DNA of 64,000 bases, taken from the NCBI GenBank assembly GCA_951406725.2, contig OX597817.1:57164001-57228000 (forward strand), in the 5' to 3' direction. Below, in pieces: positions 25,411 through 39,914 of this stretch. The DNA is from Octopus vulgaris. Taxonomy: Eukaryota. The translations under genes were made by a program, and so were the position numbers. A model generated the notes under the pieces. That model searched no databases. It had not been told where the DNA came from and was given only the letters and a program-made list of their open reading frames with translations. Numbering within the stretch: the first letter of the stretch is position 1; every line of letters starts with the position of its first letter.

Positions 25411-26505
25411 CCAAAACTATAAAATCCGTTAACTTCAAATGAATTAAAGTTAACGGAAGTTAACTCGAGTTAAGAGAAGTTAAATGTGATGGAAATTAAT
25501 TAGTTTGGAAAGTTAAATCATTTACGAAAATGTTAACTTCGTTAATTAACAATTAACAGCTTGGTGCCCAAGTTTGGGTACAACCTATCCTTATCATAAG
25601 AGGTGACTAAAAGGGTTAGCATCCTACCATAAAACAACTAAAAAAAGGGTGAGGCCCTAAAATGAGTATGAGAAGACTGACATGGGGCCTGCAAGATTAG
25701 CCCCTTAAGTAGGCAAGGAAATGGCCTTAAAACATTTGTTGTGCTGCTGAGATTTCCTGCAAGACACTGATTCAAAACCCACAATTCCTCAATACAAGAC
25801 CCACCAAAATGGCCATGGTGGTTTAAATGAAGTGTTTTGCTCAAAGACACAATGAATTGCTCAGTCAAGAAATCGAAACCATAATCTTACAATCAGGGGT
25901 CCAGTACTCAAACCACTAAGCCATGCACAGTCATGGTGCTTTAAATTCATTGAGCAACATAAAGTACATAAGTGAATGCAGGCTTCAAGACACTACATGG
26001 ATACCAGTTCAATGCCACTGCACTGCAACGTGAGCATTTTCTATCAAAGCCTTCAGTTGATCAATACCTTTATGAATAGAATTTACTACATGGAAGCTGT
26101 GAAAGACTGGGGAGGGGGTTGCATGGGTATAACTACACTGTGGTATTTATGTGGATAGAGAGGGTAAGTCTGATTAAAATGAGAGCTAATTGCTAATTTA
26201 CGAGAGACCATCCATCCTACCCATAAAAAACTGAAAAAATAGACATGGTGATGAAGATGGTAATGATACATTACAAAATATGTTGTTTTTTTAAAAACAA
26301 TATTATTCTAAAATTAAAAAATTCCAAAATGTGTTTTGCTGTTTTAAGATTCTAAATTACGAAAACATAACCTATTTTGATTCACTGGAATGTTTCAAGA
26401 GATTTTTGGCAGATATTTTGAATATTGTAAAATGTTTCGAAACGCGTCTTATTCAGATAAATTCATCTCAGGATTCATTTACCATTTCCTAGCATCCATT
26501 TCACT

Positions 26506-26544
<39 letters not shown>

Positions 26545-28617
26545 CCCAATAAATGTTAATAAAAGCCCAACAAACCCATTGAAAAGGGTAAAAACTGACA
26601 AAACCAGAAAGTATTAAAGCACCTGCCAATAAAACATATGCAAGTTGGGTAAAAAGAATAAGAGTTTATTTATGACATCATCAAAGTTTAGATGAGTGGA
26701 TTTGATAGACAAAAACTGAAACAGACCCGTCGCACATGCTTGTTCTCTCCACGGAGGATCTAGCTTGGTTGACAGCTTGTGTTGGTCAACCATGTGCTAC
26801 ATAATCAGAGAGGATGAGGAGGTATCTTATGGAAATGGGAACTGACTAGGACTCTGCTCAATGGATCACCTGGGAAGATCCAGGAATACACTGAGAAATG
26901 ATGAATGCAGCAATGTGCTGCAATGGCACATCTCACCTCACCTGAGCTATGTTCCGAGTTCAAATGCCAGTGAGATCAATTATTGAGGGGAGGGCCAATA
27001 TAACCGACTGTTCTGAATCTAACTCCTGGCTTTGTACCTATGAAAGAAATTATTATTGCATACATATATTCCTAGGACTGGACAAAGGAACACAAATGAC
27101 CCAACCTTATAACTAATCCGTTTACCTTTGTGACACAGCTGACCTAACCTTGCTACAGATGACCTGTCCTTTCAACTAATTGCCACCAATGACACAGGTG
27201 ACTTGACCATGTTATGAACCACTACCTGTCGCAGGTAACCACCTCAAAACTACTCAGCTTACTACAGGTAACAAATTCAAAACCACTCTCCTTGCCACAC
27301 ATGCAACAACACGCATGCACACACACTTTGCAGTTAAATGCCAAGAGAAATGCAAATAAATTAATTTGCAAATGTGAAAATTTGCAGAACTATCTAACTG
27401 ATACAAAGACAAGAAAATATCAAGAAGGGAAAAAAGCAGACAAGCATAACAACAAACTTGAAAAGGACAGGTTTTATTGCCGAACACAAGATTTATGGTG
27501 TAGAAAACTTCACAACCTAATTCAACCTAATTTACCAGACAAAAAAAAGAAAAGAAATAAAAATAAGTAAAAGTAATGACTGCTATTCTTAAAAAAAAAA
27601 AAAAGCAATTCAATCTGCAAGTACTTAAAATACTGAGTTGAAAAAGAAAAGGAAACAAAAAAATGTCACTCCCAAAGCAATCATGAAGAAAGCCAGCCAG
27701 CTGTAAAAACACCCACACATAATAGTTTCTAAACTACTTTTGTGCAACTAAATCACCTGTTCTCTTTTTCAAAAGAAAAAAAAATATTTTTTTTTAATAA
27801 TATGAGTATAACTTTGAGAGAAGCTTTCCTAAGCAGCACCAATATTCAGTTTTTGGAAGTGTGGGTATTGTTTTAACACTAGGGCAGAACATAGAATTAC
27901 AACCACCAAATGATCTTACTATTCAGAACCCCACATACTCGGTCCCTTATCACCTCCTCTCCCTCACCCATTCAGTATTTCCCCTTCACTTGGCCTCCTC
28001 AAAACTGATATTCACTGCACCCAACTCGACCACCCACCCAGTCTCTACTCATCTGTCACACTCCACATTTAGTGCACTTACCCACCCATCTTTCCTATTC
28101 CTGCCCTATATATTTCTCTCATATTCACCTTGTACCCTTGACCTTACATCTCTCTCTCTCTCTCTCTCTCTTTCCAGATGGGTAAGTCATGTATTCCTCC
28201 TCTTCAACAAGACACCTGCTCCTATCCCTCTATTATATACTTTCATATCCCTCCCATCTCAATATGTTGAGGTGGCTTGTCTTGCAAGTACTTGGTGACC
28301 TCACAATGAACACACCACATAACCAACCGAGAAAATGCACCCAGTAACACTTTGTGAAGTGGTTGGCATTAGGAAAGGCATCCAGCTATGGAAACCATGC
28401 CAAAACAGCATAGAAAAAGGAACATTAAATGATGATATGATACCTCAATTTGGATTCAGACAATGATGAATCCCAAAAAGTTATTGTTATACCAGGATAA
28501 CAACAACTGAATCCAAACATTTTCATGGGGAGCAATGATGGCACTGAGGTGACTGGTCCTGTGATTTCATTCGGTGTTCACACCATTAGAACTCCAAAAT
28601 TCTTGTAGAACAAAGAA

Positions 28618-29216
28618 AGAGGGTTCCCAAAGTGGGCAGTATTGTTCCCCTGGAGATGGTGGGAAGTTCCAAGGGGCCGTTGAAGAAAAATGGAGCAATA
28701 ATGGGGTAGCGATTCATGTAAAAAGTGGGGCAATAATGGGGTAGCGATTCATGTAAAATGTGGGGCAATAATGGGGTAGCGATTCATGTAAAAAGTGGGG
28801 CAATAATGGGGTAGCGATTCATGTAAAATGTGGGGCCATAACGAGGTAGCAATTCATGTAAAAAGTGGGGACATAATGGGGTAGCGATTCATGTAAAAAG
28901 TGGGGCAATAATGGGGTAGCGATTCATGTAAAAAGTGGAGCCATAATGGGGTAGCGATTCATGTAAAAAGTGGAGACATAATGTGGTAGTGATTCATGTA
29001 AAAAGTGGGGCAATAATGGGGTAGCGATTCTTGTAAAAAGTGGGGCAATAATGGGGTAGCGATTCATGTAAAAACAACAAAATAATGGGTTCGTTAGGTT
29101 AAGTTTTATTTGTGAAATACAGTTGCTTTGAATTTGCTTCAGAAAGAGGTCTGTGTTTGTGATGGTTAGTCGGGGTGTTAAGGGGTCAGCAGCCCAGAAA
29201 AGTTTGGGAACCGCTG
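28618..29216. mobile_element. hAT-type MITE containing a minisatellite
   Basis: gggttcccaaa ... tttgggaaccgctg termini. Confidence 0.6.
28688..29073. repeat. 35-bp minisatellite, about 11 copies
   Basis: Unit GTGGGGCAATAATGGGGTAGCGATTCATGTAAAAA. Confidence 0.95.
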
Positions 29217-30117
29217 TGCTTTTTATGTGCCACCTGCACAGGAGCCAGCCAGGTGGAACTGGCATTAACCATGCTGGAATGGTGCTTTTTACATGCCACC
29301 AGACTGGGTGCCAGTCAGGCAGCACTGGCATCGTCCATGCTCAGAGGGTGCTTTATGTGCCACCAGCACTGGCATTGGCCACACTCAAATGATACTTTTT
29401 ATGAGTCACAGGCACGGGTGTCAGTCAGGTGGCACTGGTATCAGCCACAGTATTTAAAAGGGTTAAGGAGAACTAATTTAAACTAATTTACTGTTAACCA
29501 TGCTTTTGGTTTTGGTCCCGTTACACTGCACCTTGGGCAAATGTCTTCTACCAATGCTTTGGGAGTGAATTTGATAAACAGAAACTGTGTTGAAGCCTGT
29601 GATGTGTGTTTGTGTTTGTCCCCTACCACTGCTTGACAAAGAGTATTGGTTCGTTTACATCCGCTTTAACATAGGGGACACAGCAAAAGAGATTGATCAA
29701 ATAAATACCAGACTTGAAAATTAAGTACAAGGGTCAACTGCTTCAACTTAAAAAAAAAAAAAAACTCTAATGACCAAAACAATTAAAAAGAAAATATTTC
29801 ATCTCTATTGATTTTTAATTATTTAAAAATTTGAATACGTAATCTGCTTATTTAGATTAACATAAATACAAAAGGGAAGGAAATTTACAACAATGACTTA
29901 ATTAAACGAGTGTGTCCTTTTGTTGCCAATCAACAGACGTATGTTACAGCCTAACAACAGGCCAATCAACACCATGGCTCAGCTATATAATCCACGTTTA
30001 TCTCGCATAAATTAGCATAGCCAATTATCTGTACAATTGAGTACTTTTATACCATTGCTTCACAGAATTTCTCACTGCATACAAGCCTTCAAATGACAAA
30101 AACAAAAAAAAATACTA

Positions 30118-30343
30118 CTCTTTCACTCTTATTTCAGTCGTTTGACTGTGGCCATGTTGGAGCACCGCCTTTAGTTGAACAACAAATCGACCCCAGGACT
30201 TATTCTTTGTAAGCCCAGTACTTATTCTATCGGACTCTTTTGCTGAACTGCTAAGTTACGGAGATGTAAACACACCAACATTGGTTGTCAACCAATGGTG
30301 GGTGGACAAACTCAGACACACAATACATACATATGTGTATGTA

Positions 30344-30392
<49 letters not shown>

Positions 30393-30545
30393 GACAGGCT
30401 TCTTTCAGTTTCCATGTACCAAATCCACTCACAAGGCTTTGGTCAGCCTGAGGCAAGAATAGAAGACACTTGCCCAAGGTACCAAGCAGTGGGACTGAAC
30501 CCGGAACTGTGTGTTTGGGAAACTAGCTTCTTACCACACAGCCAC
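30118..30545 (-). mobile_element. Family B SINE
   Basis: Full head-to-tail copy with internal (TG)n(TA)n. Confidence 0.85.
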
Positions 30546-30820
30546 TGAGTTTTTTTAAAGTTGCAATTCTTTTAACAGCAGTGCCCCAGCATGGCCACAG
30601 CTCTTGAGCTAAAACTGATAAAGGGTACTAGTTTGTTGAGAAGAGATGAGTTAAGACGTAGCTGAGTCAACAACAAATATTTGTAGCAGAGAATAATTGG
30701 AGCAAAGGTTCTCAACCATTTTTTGCCCATGGACTCCTCTTGTTCTTATTTTACTCAAGAGGACCTCCACAGCTTTTTGATGTATATTTTAAAAAAATCT
30801 GACTGTATTTTATAATCAAA

Positions 30821-31177
30821 CTAGCACTATGACCCGACAACGCCGGGTGATAGTGCTAGTGCATGCATATACAGCTGCGTGCGTGCACACATATACACGA
30901 GTACTGTCCAAATTTCCGACCAATCACATACAGCTAGCTGGCATTCAATTGACGTATCAAGTTTCGGGCATTTTGATTGGGTTTTGGATAGAAAATTCAC
31001 AAAAAAGTCACTTATATTGATTTTTTTAATGGCTTTGCTGGGTGACTGGGGAAATGTAAAGATGTGCACAACCACCCTTGGACATAGAAAGTGCAAGCCC
31101 TCTAACTGAAAAATTGTGGATTTGTATAAAGGACACACACTCAAACACACACACATTTTGCCATTAATATATATAGA
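30821..31177 (-). mobile_element. Non-autonomous Helitron nested in a hAT-like MITE (about 30703-31283)
   Basis: Minus strand begins TCTATATATA and ends with a CCCGGC/GTCGGG hairpin followed by CTAG. Confidence 0.8.
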
Positions 31178-31505
31178 AATATTATTTGGAATCGTATGAA
31201 AAAAATTAAAGTATTTTCTGTGCTGTAGAATATAAACAATTTATAGTCACAAGGGTCATGTGGACCCTGGTGGAGAACCGCCGATCTAGAAGGAAGAATC
31301 AGATCCTGGAAGATTCCAGGGAACAAAGGATGTGACTGAAGAGAAATGTGAAGTGTTGGGTTATATCGCAGAAAAGCACAGTAGCTAACATAAGTGGGAA
31401 GGCAGGTGCGCACGCACACACACACACACACATATATACACTTATACCTGTTTTACAATCTTTCATCAAGGAAGAAGAGTGTGCAGATCATAATCTGAAA
31501 TGTGT

Positions 31506-31568
31506 TGGGGCAGAGGATGAGGTGGGGCAGAGGATGAGGTGGGGCAGAGGATGAGGTGGGGCAGAGGT
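31506..31568. repeat. 17-bp tandem repeat, about 4 copies
   Basis: GGGGCAGAGGATGAGGT units. Confidence 0.9.
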
Positions 31569-33954
31569 GCTTGTGTAAAAGAGGTCAGTCAAGTAGAGAT
31601 TAATAATATCAATTACTGCAATAAACACAAGTGTAGAAAGTGAAGTGAAGTGAAGAGAACTGGTGACTGTGTGTCACATGGCATGGAACCTAACATGAAT
31701 TAACTCAATTAGGAGAGGCATCCAAGCCATATGCTTAAGTCACTTTGCAACTACTAGCTTCCTGGTTCAATCTTACTACACAATATTTCAGGCAAGCGTC
31801 ACCTTCCTTAATCAACAGAAACTGTATAGTAATTGGACTGTTTTACAGAAATTCAAAGGGTTACCTTGTCTTGCACAGTGCCATACAAATTCAATGTGAA
31901 GATTATATTAAGGTTATGAATATAATTGGAATACTCGACCACTTACATCAGAATTCAATGAAAAGGTATTTGTGTTGATTGATTATGAAATCATTACTGT
32001 CATTTAATATCCATGTTCCATGCTGGCATAGGGAGACCGGTCTGACCGATTCTGATCCATCAAAGGATTGCATTGTGCACTAGTTCCTGCTTCAGCATGA
32101 TTTCTGCAGCTGGATGCCCTTTGTAACATCAACCATTTTACAGAATGTACAGGTAGCTTTTTTTTTCATGTCACCTGCAGCAGTGAGGTTGCCATGCAGC
32201 TTGCAAGACACACACCCAAAGTGAGGTGGAGGAGTTTATTAAGAGATGAGGGTTAAAGTAGGAGTGGAAGGCAGCAGGTTGTTGTTGCAGAGGCGCTACT
32301 TGGCTACTCACATTTAGAAGCGAAGGTGAAAGCACTCAGTAGGAGTGGCAAAGAAGTGATAAGGTGTCCAGGTGCTTCCACAAGGTATGGGGGTGAGTAG
32401 AAGTGAGTGGTTTGAAAAAATACAGAAGGCCCCCTAATCAGAAACACTCCACAATCTAACCAAATACTGTCTGTTCTTAATAATTCTTGATGCTTCAAAT
32501 ATTTCGCAATCGTGGGAGGATAAGCGGCTGAAAGCTTTGACCAGCTCAAAGGTTTCTCTTTCTGTTTCATCACCATTACTGCATAGAAACAACTATAATA
32601 TTTGGCACCTGTTGCAACATTTTTCACTCCTGCTTTTTAGATTTTTGCCAATAATTTTTTCTTCATATTGATAATGTATGTTATGAAGTTAAAAGAATAT
32701 CAGGCATTAAAAGATGAAGCTGGCATACAATTATAATAAGGATACAACTTCAGAAGAGATACAATAGGTGAAAGTAAGGGGGGAATCTGTTTAACATTAC
32801 TGTCTTAACAATACAACAATCTATTTAACTTTATATCATCATTTTATTTTAACCATGTATGGTCAGTCTCTAACAATGGAAATTGCATGAAGTATTATAA
32901 CTTTGTATCTTGGTGGAGTCATTATGCCATTAGTAAATACTTACATTGGTTCCATTTCACTTCTTTTATCATCTTTATTAGTCAATGGTTAATCAATGAA
33001 ACACTTAGCTCATCAATTGAATAATTCAGTGAGTCAATTTAATTAGCTAGGATTGTCAAAGTTTTTCTGTTGCTATGAGGAGAGAGAGAGACAGATCTAA
33101 AACAGAGCTGGAGTAGAGAGGGTTTGTCACTGATAAGGTCAAAATTGGCAATAAAAGGACTTTGACAAAGTGAGCTGATTGCGTGGTCAACCAAATAATT
33201 ATTCAAACAATCAAATAGATAACTGGTTAAATAATAAATTGATTAATAACATTGATTTCAAATTTTGGCATCAGGGAGGAGGGATAAGCATTAACCCCAT
33301 GGTTAAACTGGTACTCATTTTATTGACCCAGGAAGGACAAAAGGCAAAGCCGACCTTCACAGAATTTGAACTCAGAATATAAAAACAGACAAAATGCCAC
33401 TAAGCATTTTGCTCGATGTGATAATGATTCTTCCACCTCGATGCCTTAAATTGATTAATATTAAAAGAAGTGAAACAGAACCAGTGTGTGGGTTTATTAT
33501 TGGCATAATGACCCTGCTGAGATACAACAAAATCTATTTCAACCACACGAGTTCACATCAAGAATCTTACAAACAAAATGCAGAAACCAAATAAAACTCT
33601 GCATCTTTTCAATATCAGCATTTACATGGTTTATTGCGGATGGCCAGGTTACATGGTTCCTTGACCAGCTAGAAATAGCAGCCAAATCTCCTTCAAATCA
33701 TATGCATACTTCCTTTATTAAGACAGTAGGATAAGAGTGCAAGTAATAAATTAAGAAGAAAGCTCACAAACAATAAATATCTGGGTAAACAATATATTAC
33801 ATAATTTGGTTTCATTCAACTAGCTGGTCCTTGGGTGACTTTACAGAGCCCACCCCATATTAAACATTCATACCAGGTCTTCTGCAGGAGGATAGCATCT
33901 TCTGTTTGTCCTATCTGTCTTAAAGGTCCTGGAAAAAGTCATAGCAGCTGTTTT

Positions 33955-34289
33955 ACCCCACAGAAGTAAAGTGGCTGAGTTCCTTTTGAGCATTGGACCT
34001 CACGCAGGCGATGACCGAGACCTTTGGCATTAGGTCATGCTTGAGAAGAAGACCCATCAAGTGAGCAAAACCACAGTTGTGGCAGATACTGGTGTCACAC
34101 AAATGGTACCCGTACCGGTGGCATGTAAAAGCACCCATTACACTGTCAGAGTGGTTGGCGGTAGAAAGGGCATCCAGCCATAGAAGACCATTCCAAATCG
34201 AACTGGAGTCTAGTGCAGCCTTCCAGCTTACCAGTCCTGGTCAAACTGTCCGACCCATGTCAGAATGGCCAACGGACATTAAATGATGA

Positions 34290-34290
<1 letters not shown>
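33955..34290 (+). mobile_element. Family A subfamily with an alternative 5' region
   Basis: Reverse-complement homology to 60200-60640; same body and (GAT)n tail. Confidence 0.75.
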
Positions 34291-34323
<33 letters not shown>

Positions 34324-34919
34324 AATGTGGTTAAGAAGCTCACTTTGCAAGCTCATGGTTTCAGATCCAGTCCCACTGTGCAGTACCTAAGGTGTCTTTA
34401 AGTAAAGCTTCAGGTCAACCAATGCCTTATGAGTAGATTTAGTAAAGGGTAACTGTGAGGAAGCCTGTTGTGAGTGTGCATGTTCACCCCTCCACCACTG
34501 CTTGACAACTGGTGTTTGTTTACATCCCGTTACTTAGTGATTCCACAAAAGATACCCACAGAATAAATACCAGACTTAATTAAATACTGAGACCAATTTA
34601 TTTGACTAAAAAACCCCCTTCAAGGCAGTGCAGTGCTCCAGCATGGCCCCAGTCAATGACTGAAACAAGTGAAAGATAAACTTAACTAAATACAAGATAT
34701 TTTATCTGATGTAATATTATTATGATGCTTCAATAATAATAAAAAAAAAAATTTTCTAATGGAGGCACAAGGCCTAAAATGTTGGGGGCAGGGATTAGAC
34801 AACTATGCTTGAACCGTACTTTATCAACACCCCACCTCAAAAAAATTTGAAGTAAAGTTGACCTTCATGAGACTTGAACCCAGAAAGCAAACAGCTAGAA
34901 TAAATAATACAAGCCACAA

Positions 34920-35315
34920 GTTTGGCTGTGTGGTAAGAAGCTTGCTTCGTAACTACATGGTTCATAGTTCAGTCCCACTGCATGGAACTTTGAGCATGTG
35001 TCTTCTGCTACAGCCTTGGGCTGACCAAACCCTTGTCAGTGGGTTTGGTAGACACAGAAACAACTGAAAGAAACCCCGTCGCACATGCGTGTCTTTGTGT
35101 CTGTCCTCCCACCACCGCTTGACAACCAGTGTTGGTGTGTTTACATCCCCATAACTTAGCAGTTCAGCAAAAGAGACTGATAGAAGCAGATAAGCAGCAG
35201 ATTGAATTTTTTAAAAATTAGGTACTAGGATCGATTCATTCAACAGAAATTTCTTCAAAGCGGTGCCCCAGCATGGCCACAGTCTAAAGACCGAAACGAG
35301 TAAAAAATAAAAGAT
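34920..35315 (+). mobile_element. Family B SINE
   Basis: Head ggctgtgtggtaagaagc through tail gagtaaaa; another plus copy at about 35945-36280. Confidence 0.8.
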
Positions 35316-36358
35316 TTTGTCTAGCATTATATCAAAACTGACCGTATTCTTCTCCAAGAGCAGATCAGAAAATGATGGAACATTCTAGGTGTTTCCTTTG
35401 CAGTAATATTTACTACTATTTCAGTAACAGAGTGTTCGGAATAATAATTCCATTTGACTGACTTTTTTTTCTTTCTTATTTTATTACCTTTCATCAACAG
35501 CTGGTATCTACCTCCTCCACATCCTCTGACAAGCATCTACTATAAAACATCCCACCCCAGAAATATTTACTGCTGTGTTTATGGTTTGTTTCATTATTAT
35601 TATTATTATTAAATTCACAACTACTATTACAACCAGGTGGTAGTAACAATGATGATGATAATGATAGCAGTAGTATTAGTACCAACAAGTATCCTGGTGT
35701 AGACATGGCATTGTATCAGCAAGGCACTTAACTGCTGCTGTCTGGTTGAGAAACCATTATCTCTATTAGACAAAGCGAGAAAGGAAGGAAGAAAAGAGAA
35801 AAAAAAAAAGAAAAGGCACCAAAAATGAATTTTTTTTTAAAAATTCATATATTCCATAAAGAACTGAATGAAAAGAAATTGCTGTTGAATGATGTATATG
35901 AATGAGGATGCATATAATGACTTGGTGTTTAATATAAACATACATGGCTGTTTTGTAAGAAGTTTGTTTCTCAACCACACGGTTCCGGGTTCGGTCCCAC
36001 TGTGTGGCACCTTGGGCAAGTGTCTTCTAAAATAACCTTGGGCCAACCAAAGCCTTGTCAATGGATTTGGTAGATGGAAACTGAAAGAAAACCTGCATGC
36101 GTATGTGTGCATGCGTGATCATTCTTGACAACTGCTGTTGGTGGGTTTACATCCCTGTAACTAAGCGGTTTGACAAAAGAGACTGATAGAATAAGTAAAA
36201 GGCTTGGAAAAAGAAAAAAAAGAGCGGTACCCCAGCATGGCCGCAATCTCATGACTTGAACGAGTAAAAGACAAAAGATACACATCAATACAACACTACA
36301 CTAAATTTTACAGATCCCCCTGACACAAATTGCTATAAGCCTTTTTCTAGTGTTCAAC

Positions 36359-36395
<37 letters not shown>

Positions 36396-36414
36396 CATAT
36401 ATATAAAAATCTAT

Positions 36415-36760
36415 ATCATCATCATTTAACGTCCGTTTTCCATGCTAGCATGGGTTCGACGGTTCGACCAGGGTCTGGGAAGCCAGGAGGCTGCACCAGG
36501 CCCAGTCTGATCTGGCAGTGTCTCCACAGCTGGATGCCCCTCCTAACGCCAACCACTCCGTGAGTGTAGTGGGCGCCCTCCACGTGCCATCAACACAGGT
36601 GCCAGGCGAGGCTGGAAACGGCCACAATCGGTTGGTGCTTTTTATGTGCCACTGGCACGGAGGCCAGTCGAGGCGGTGCTGGCAACGGCGACATTCGGAT
36701 GGTTCTTTTACGTGCCACCGGAACTAGTATCACAACTACAATTCCCATTGACTTTTGATT
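36415..36760 (-). mobile_element. Family A element
   Basis: (CAT)n tail, body and three modules. Confidence 0.85.
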
Positions 36761-39669
36761 TTATATGTGTGTGTGTGTGTGTGTGTATCAATACTAAGGA
36801 AACATCAAATCTAAATAGGTCCCTTGACAACAATTTGGAACAAGAAAGCTTATAGTTATTATTGATTGTGAACATGGACAAAGGGACGGCTAATAGAAAT
36901 TAAACAGAAATTGGATTCGCTAAATATTCTATTGATTAAATTCTAGCTATCCTATCTAACCTATATATATATACATTGAACAGAATTGGAGAAGATTGGA
37001 AACATGTTTATATTGCAATGCAACTACAAAGATATAGAGAATTCATTGGAAGTAATATTAACAGAGAAACGAATTCACCAACAAACAGAATTTGTCAACG
37101 GTCTTATCTACACCAACCTGTATGTGGCAGTAATAAGTGTGTGTGTGTGTGGTGGTTTTTAGAATTCCTTCACCATATCAATCAAAAGTGATTAAAAGGG
37201 TCGGACAAATTTCGGAACGATCATAAATCATTGCCTCCAAAGTCCTATCCGACCCATGCGGCACACGGGCCTGTGTTTGTGTGTGTGTGTGTGTGTGTCC
37301 ACTTTTCCATTTTCCTGTGGCCAACATCACTTTCCAAGCAAGGCCAGGCACACTTTCACAAGATATTGGAAATGAATAACATTCATTTACAACAACCATG
37401 TGATGTCAAAACAAGGACATGCACACACACACACACACACACAAAGAACAGGCTTCTTTCAGTTTCCATTTCCCAAATCCATTCCCAAAGCTTTGGTTGG
37501 CTCAGACCTACAGTAGAAAACACTTGCTCAAGATGTTATACAGTGGGATTGAACCCAAAACCATTTGGTTGGAAAGCAAGCTTGTTACCACACAACCATC
37601 CCCCCATACACACACACACACACACACATGTTGGCTATTCCTTATTTTCAAGTCTTTTAGTTCCTCTTTTCTTTTATTCATTGCACTGATATTTCTGATG
37701 ACTAAGCAGACCTCTCCTCACATGACCATCCATTTGACAGACAAGAATTGTATGTAGTTGGAAATGGTAATGTTTCATTTTTTTTGTGTGTGTGTATGCT
37801 TTTTTTGTATTATTTATTTGTCCTCTTCATTTCTGCTACATTCTTGTGCAAATAGTTGTTCAGCACCAATTGAGATGGGTTGCTGCCAATTTGCAAGCTG
37901 CTGCAAGTTCATCTCAGGTTTTCAGGTGAATGTCAGAAAACCTTCAGCAGTCAATACCGTACCTCGTAACTAAACAAAGAAAACATCTGTGAGGCCTGCT
38001 AGAAATAGCAACCAAATATCCCTCAAATCACACCCTTTGTCTTTAAAAAAAAAAACAGAACAAACACAATGGATAATGTCATCTAAGATGCACAGATGGG
38101 GTGGTCATGGCTGGAATGCTTTCAATCATGTTTGCTAAATCAATACTAACCTGAAGTTATAGTAACAAAAACAATTCATCTTTTCTCATTATAAATACTG
38201 TCACTGCCCTTAATCCTTTCAAAGTACACAGCAACAATTAGCCCTTGGTAGCTTTGTTAACCCTCTCGGTCAACAACATCATCCGCTTTTTCATGCTTTC
38301 ATGGGTTGGACAGGATTTGTTGAACCACATTTTCTACAACCGGATGCCTTTCCTGTAACCAACCCTCATCCATTTCCAAGTATGGTAACATCTCCCCAAG
38401 ACAAGACATGTTTTTTTTATTGAGGACTGGAAAGAAAGGACACTGCTTGTATGACATTGACACATCTATCACATGGGGCTTTTGTAGAAGACACATGCCT
38501 AAGGTGCACAAAATGGGACTGGACCTCCAAAACTGTGTGATCAGGAAGTAAACTTTTTACCACAAAAGCCATGCCTGATACCTGCTCTCAAAAGAGTTTG
38601 TGTGTTCTCTTGACCCAAGTAATCATCATTTAATGTCCATTGTCCATGCTGGCATGGGTTGGACAGTTTGAGGAGCTGGCCAACTGAGGAGCTGCACCAG
38701 ACTCCAGTCTGATTTGGCATGGTTTCTATGACTGTATGCCCTTCCTAATACCAACCACTTTGCAGAGTGTGCTGGGTGCTTTTATGTGGCAACTAAGGGA
38801 TAGTATCTATCCAATATACTGCTGGTAGAATACCCAATTATTAATACACAAGTGTTCTTTTCATTGCATTGCAATTACATTACCGAGTGTAATAAATGGG
38901 TGAGGGTAAAAAGTTTTTTTACCCTTAATTTATACAGCAAGAAGATGGATGGTATCCAGTGGTAGTATGCATCAACTGTTAGACATTATATTATGTCTAT
39001 CTATTTATTCATTTAAAACAATTATGAGAATATATATATACATATGTAAAGATTGTGGTATTTACATACATATATACCAGTAATTTCTATACTAGAAAAA
39101 AAAGAACAGTTTTGTACAGCTGTTTCTGCCAAGAGGTCACGGTACTTCACATGTTATTTCCATCTTTTCAGTGTACTGTAGTGATTGGTATATAAAATTA
39201 GGGAACTTGGGTGTGCCTCTAGGCTTCATCAGAGTTCAGAAGAGGGTCTAAAAAGTTCAGAGGGCTAATTTATGTAGATATAAATATACATATACACACT
39301 CACATATATATATATATATATACACACACACATACAAAAGAATCAGTTATTAGTAGGTATAGTACAATATTCCCATCAGAGAGTGTATGAGAAATAATAA
39401 TAGTAATATGGAACACCACCTTTAATTGAAGAAATCAACCCCAGTAAGTCTAATACTTATTCTGTCATCACTTTTTGCCAAACAACTAAGTTATGGGGAC
39501 GTAAACACACCAACATTGGTTGTCAAGCAATGGTGGGGGGAACAAACACACACACAAACATATACATATATACGACGGGCTTCTTTCAGTTTCCGTATAC
39601 CAAATCCACTCACAAGGCTTTGGTCAGTCCGAGGTTATTTTAGAAGACACACAGTGTGAATGAACCCAG

Positions 39670-39914
39670 GAGGGCTGTTGAGTCGAAACAGAAAACTTCG
39701 ATTCTGACTGACTCCTGTACTCCTTTTTATGTAATTGATTGTGGTCTGCATATCCCATAAAGCATATGCATATGCTTGTACTTTGAGTATGCCTATATGT
39801 TATAACTGGTTTATATCAAAGAATAAATATATTGGGAGTCAGAGTCGGTAAAACTATACTGACTCCAACTCCAGCTACCCCTTAATTGTTTCAGACTCCG
39901 ACTCGAGAGCCCTG
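39670..39914. mobile_element. hAT-type MITE inserted in the head of a family B SINE (about 39405-39972)
   Basis: agggctg..gagtcg / cgactc..gccctg ends; 8-bp TSD gaacccag/gaacacag. Confidence 0.75.

Noticed and set aside
32304-32627. 107-aa minus-strand ORF
   Set aside because: No recognisable domain or splice context. It may be a transposon remnant, but that cannot be supported.
37004-37119. Plus-strand ATG-initiated short frame ending at a gtatgt donor-like site
   Set aside because: No recognisable homology and no partner exons.
37198-37255. GGGTCGGA/TCCGACCC hairpin, possible pre-miRNA
   Set aside because: Only 8 bp pair perfectly, and the inner stem pairs poorly.
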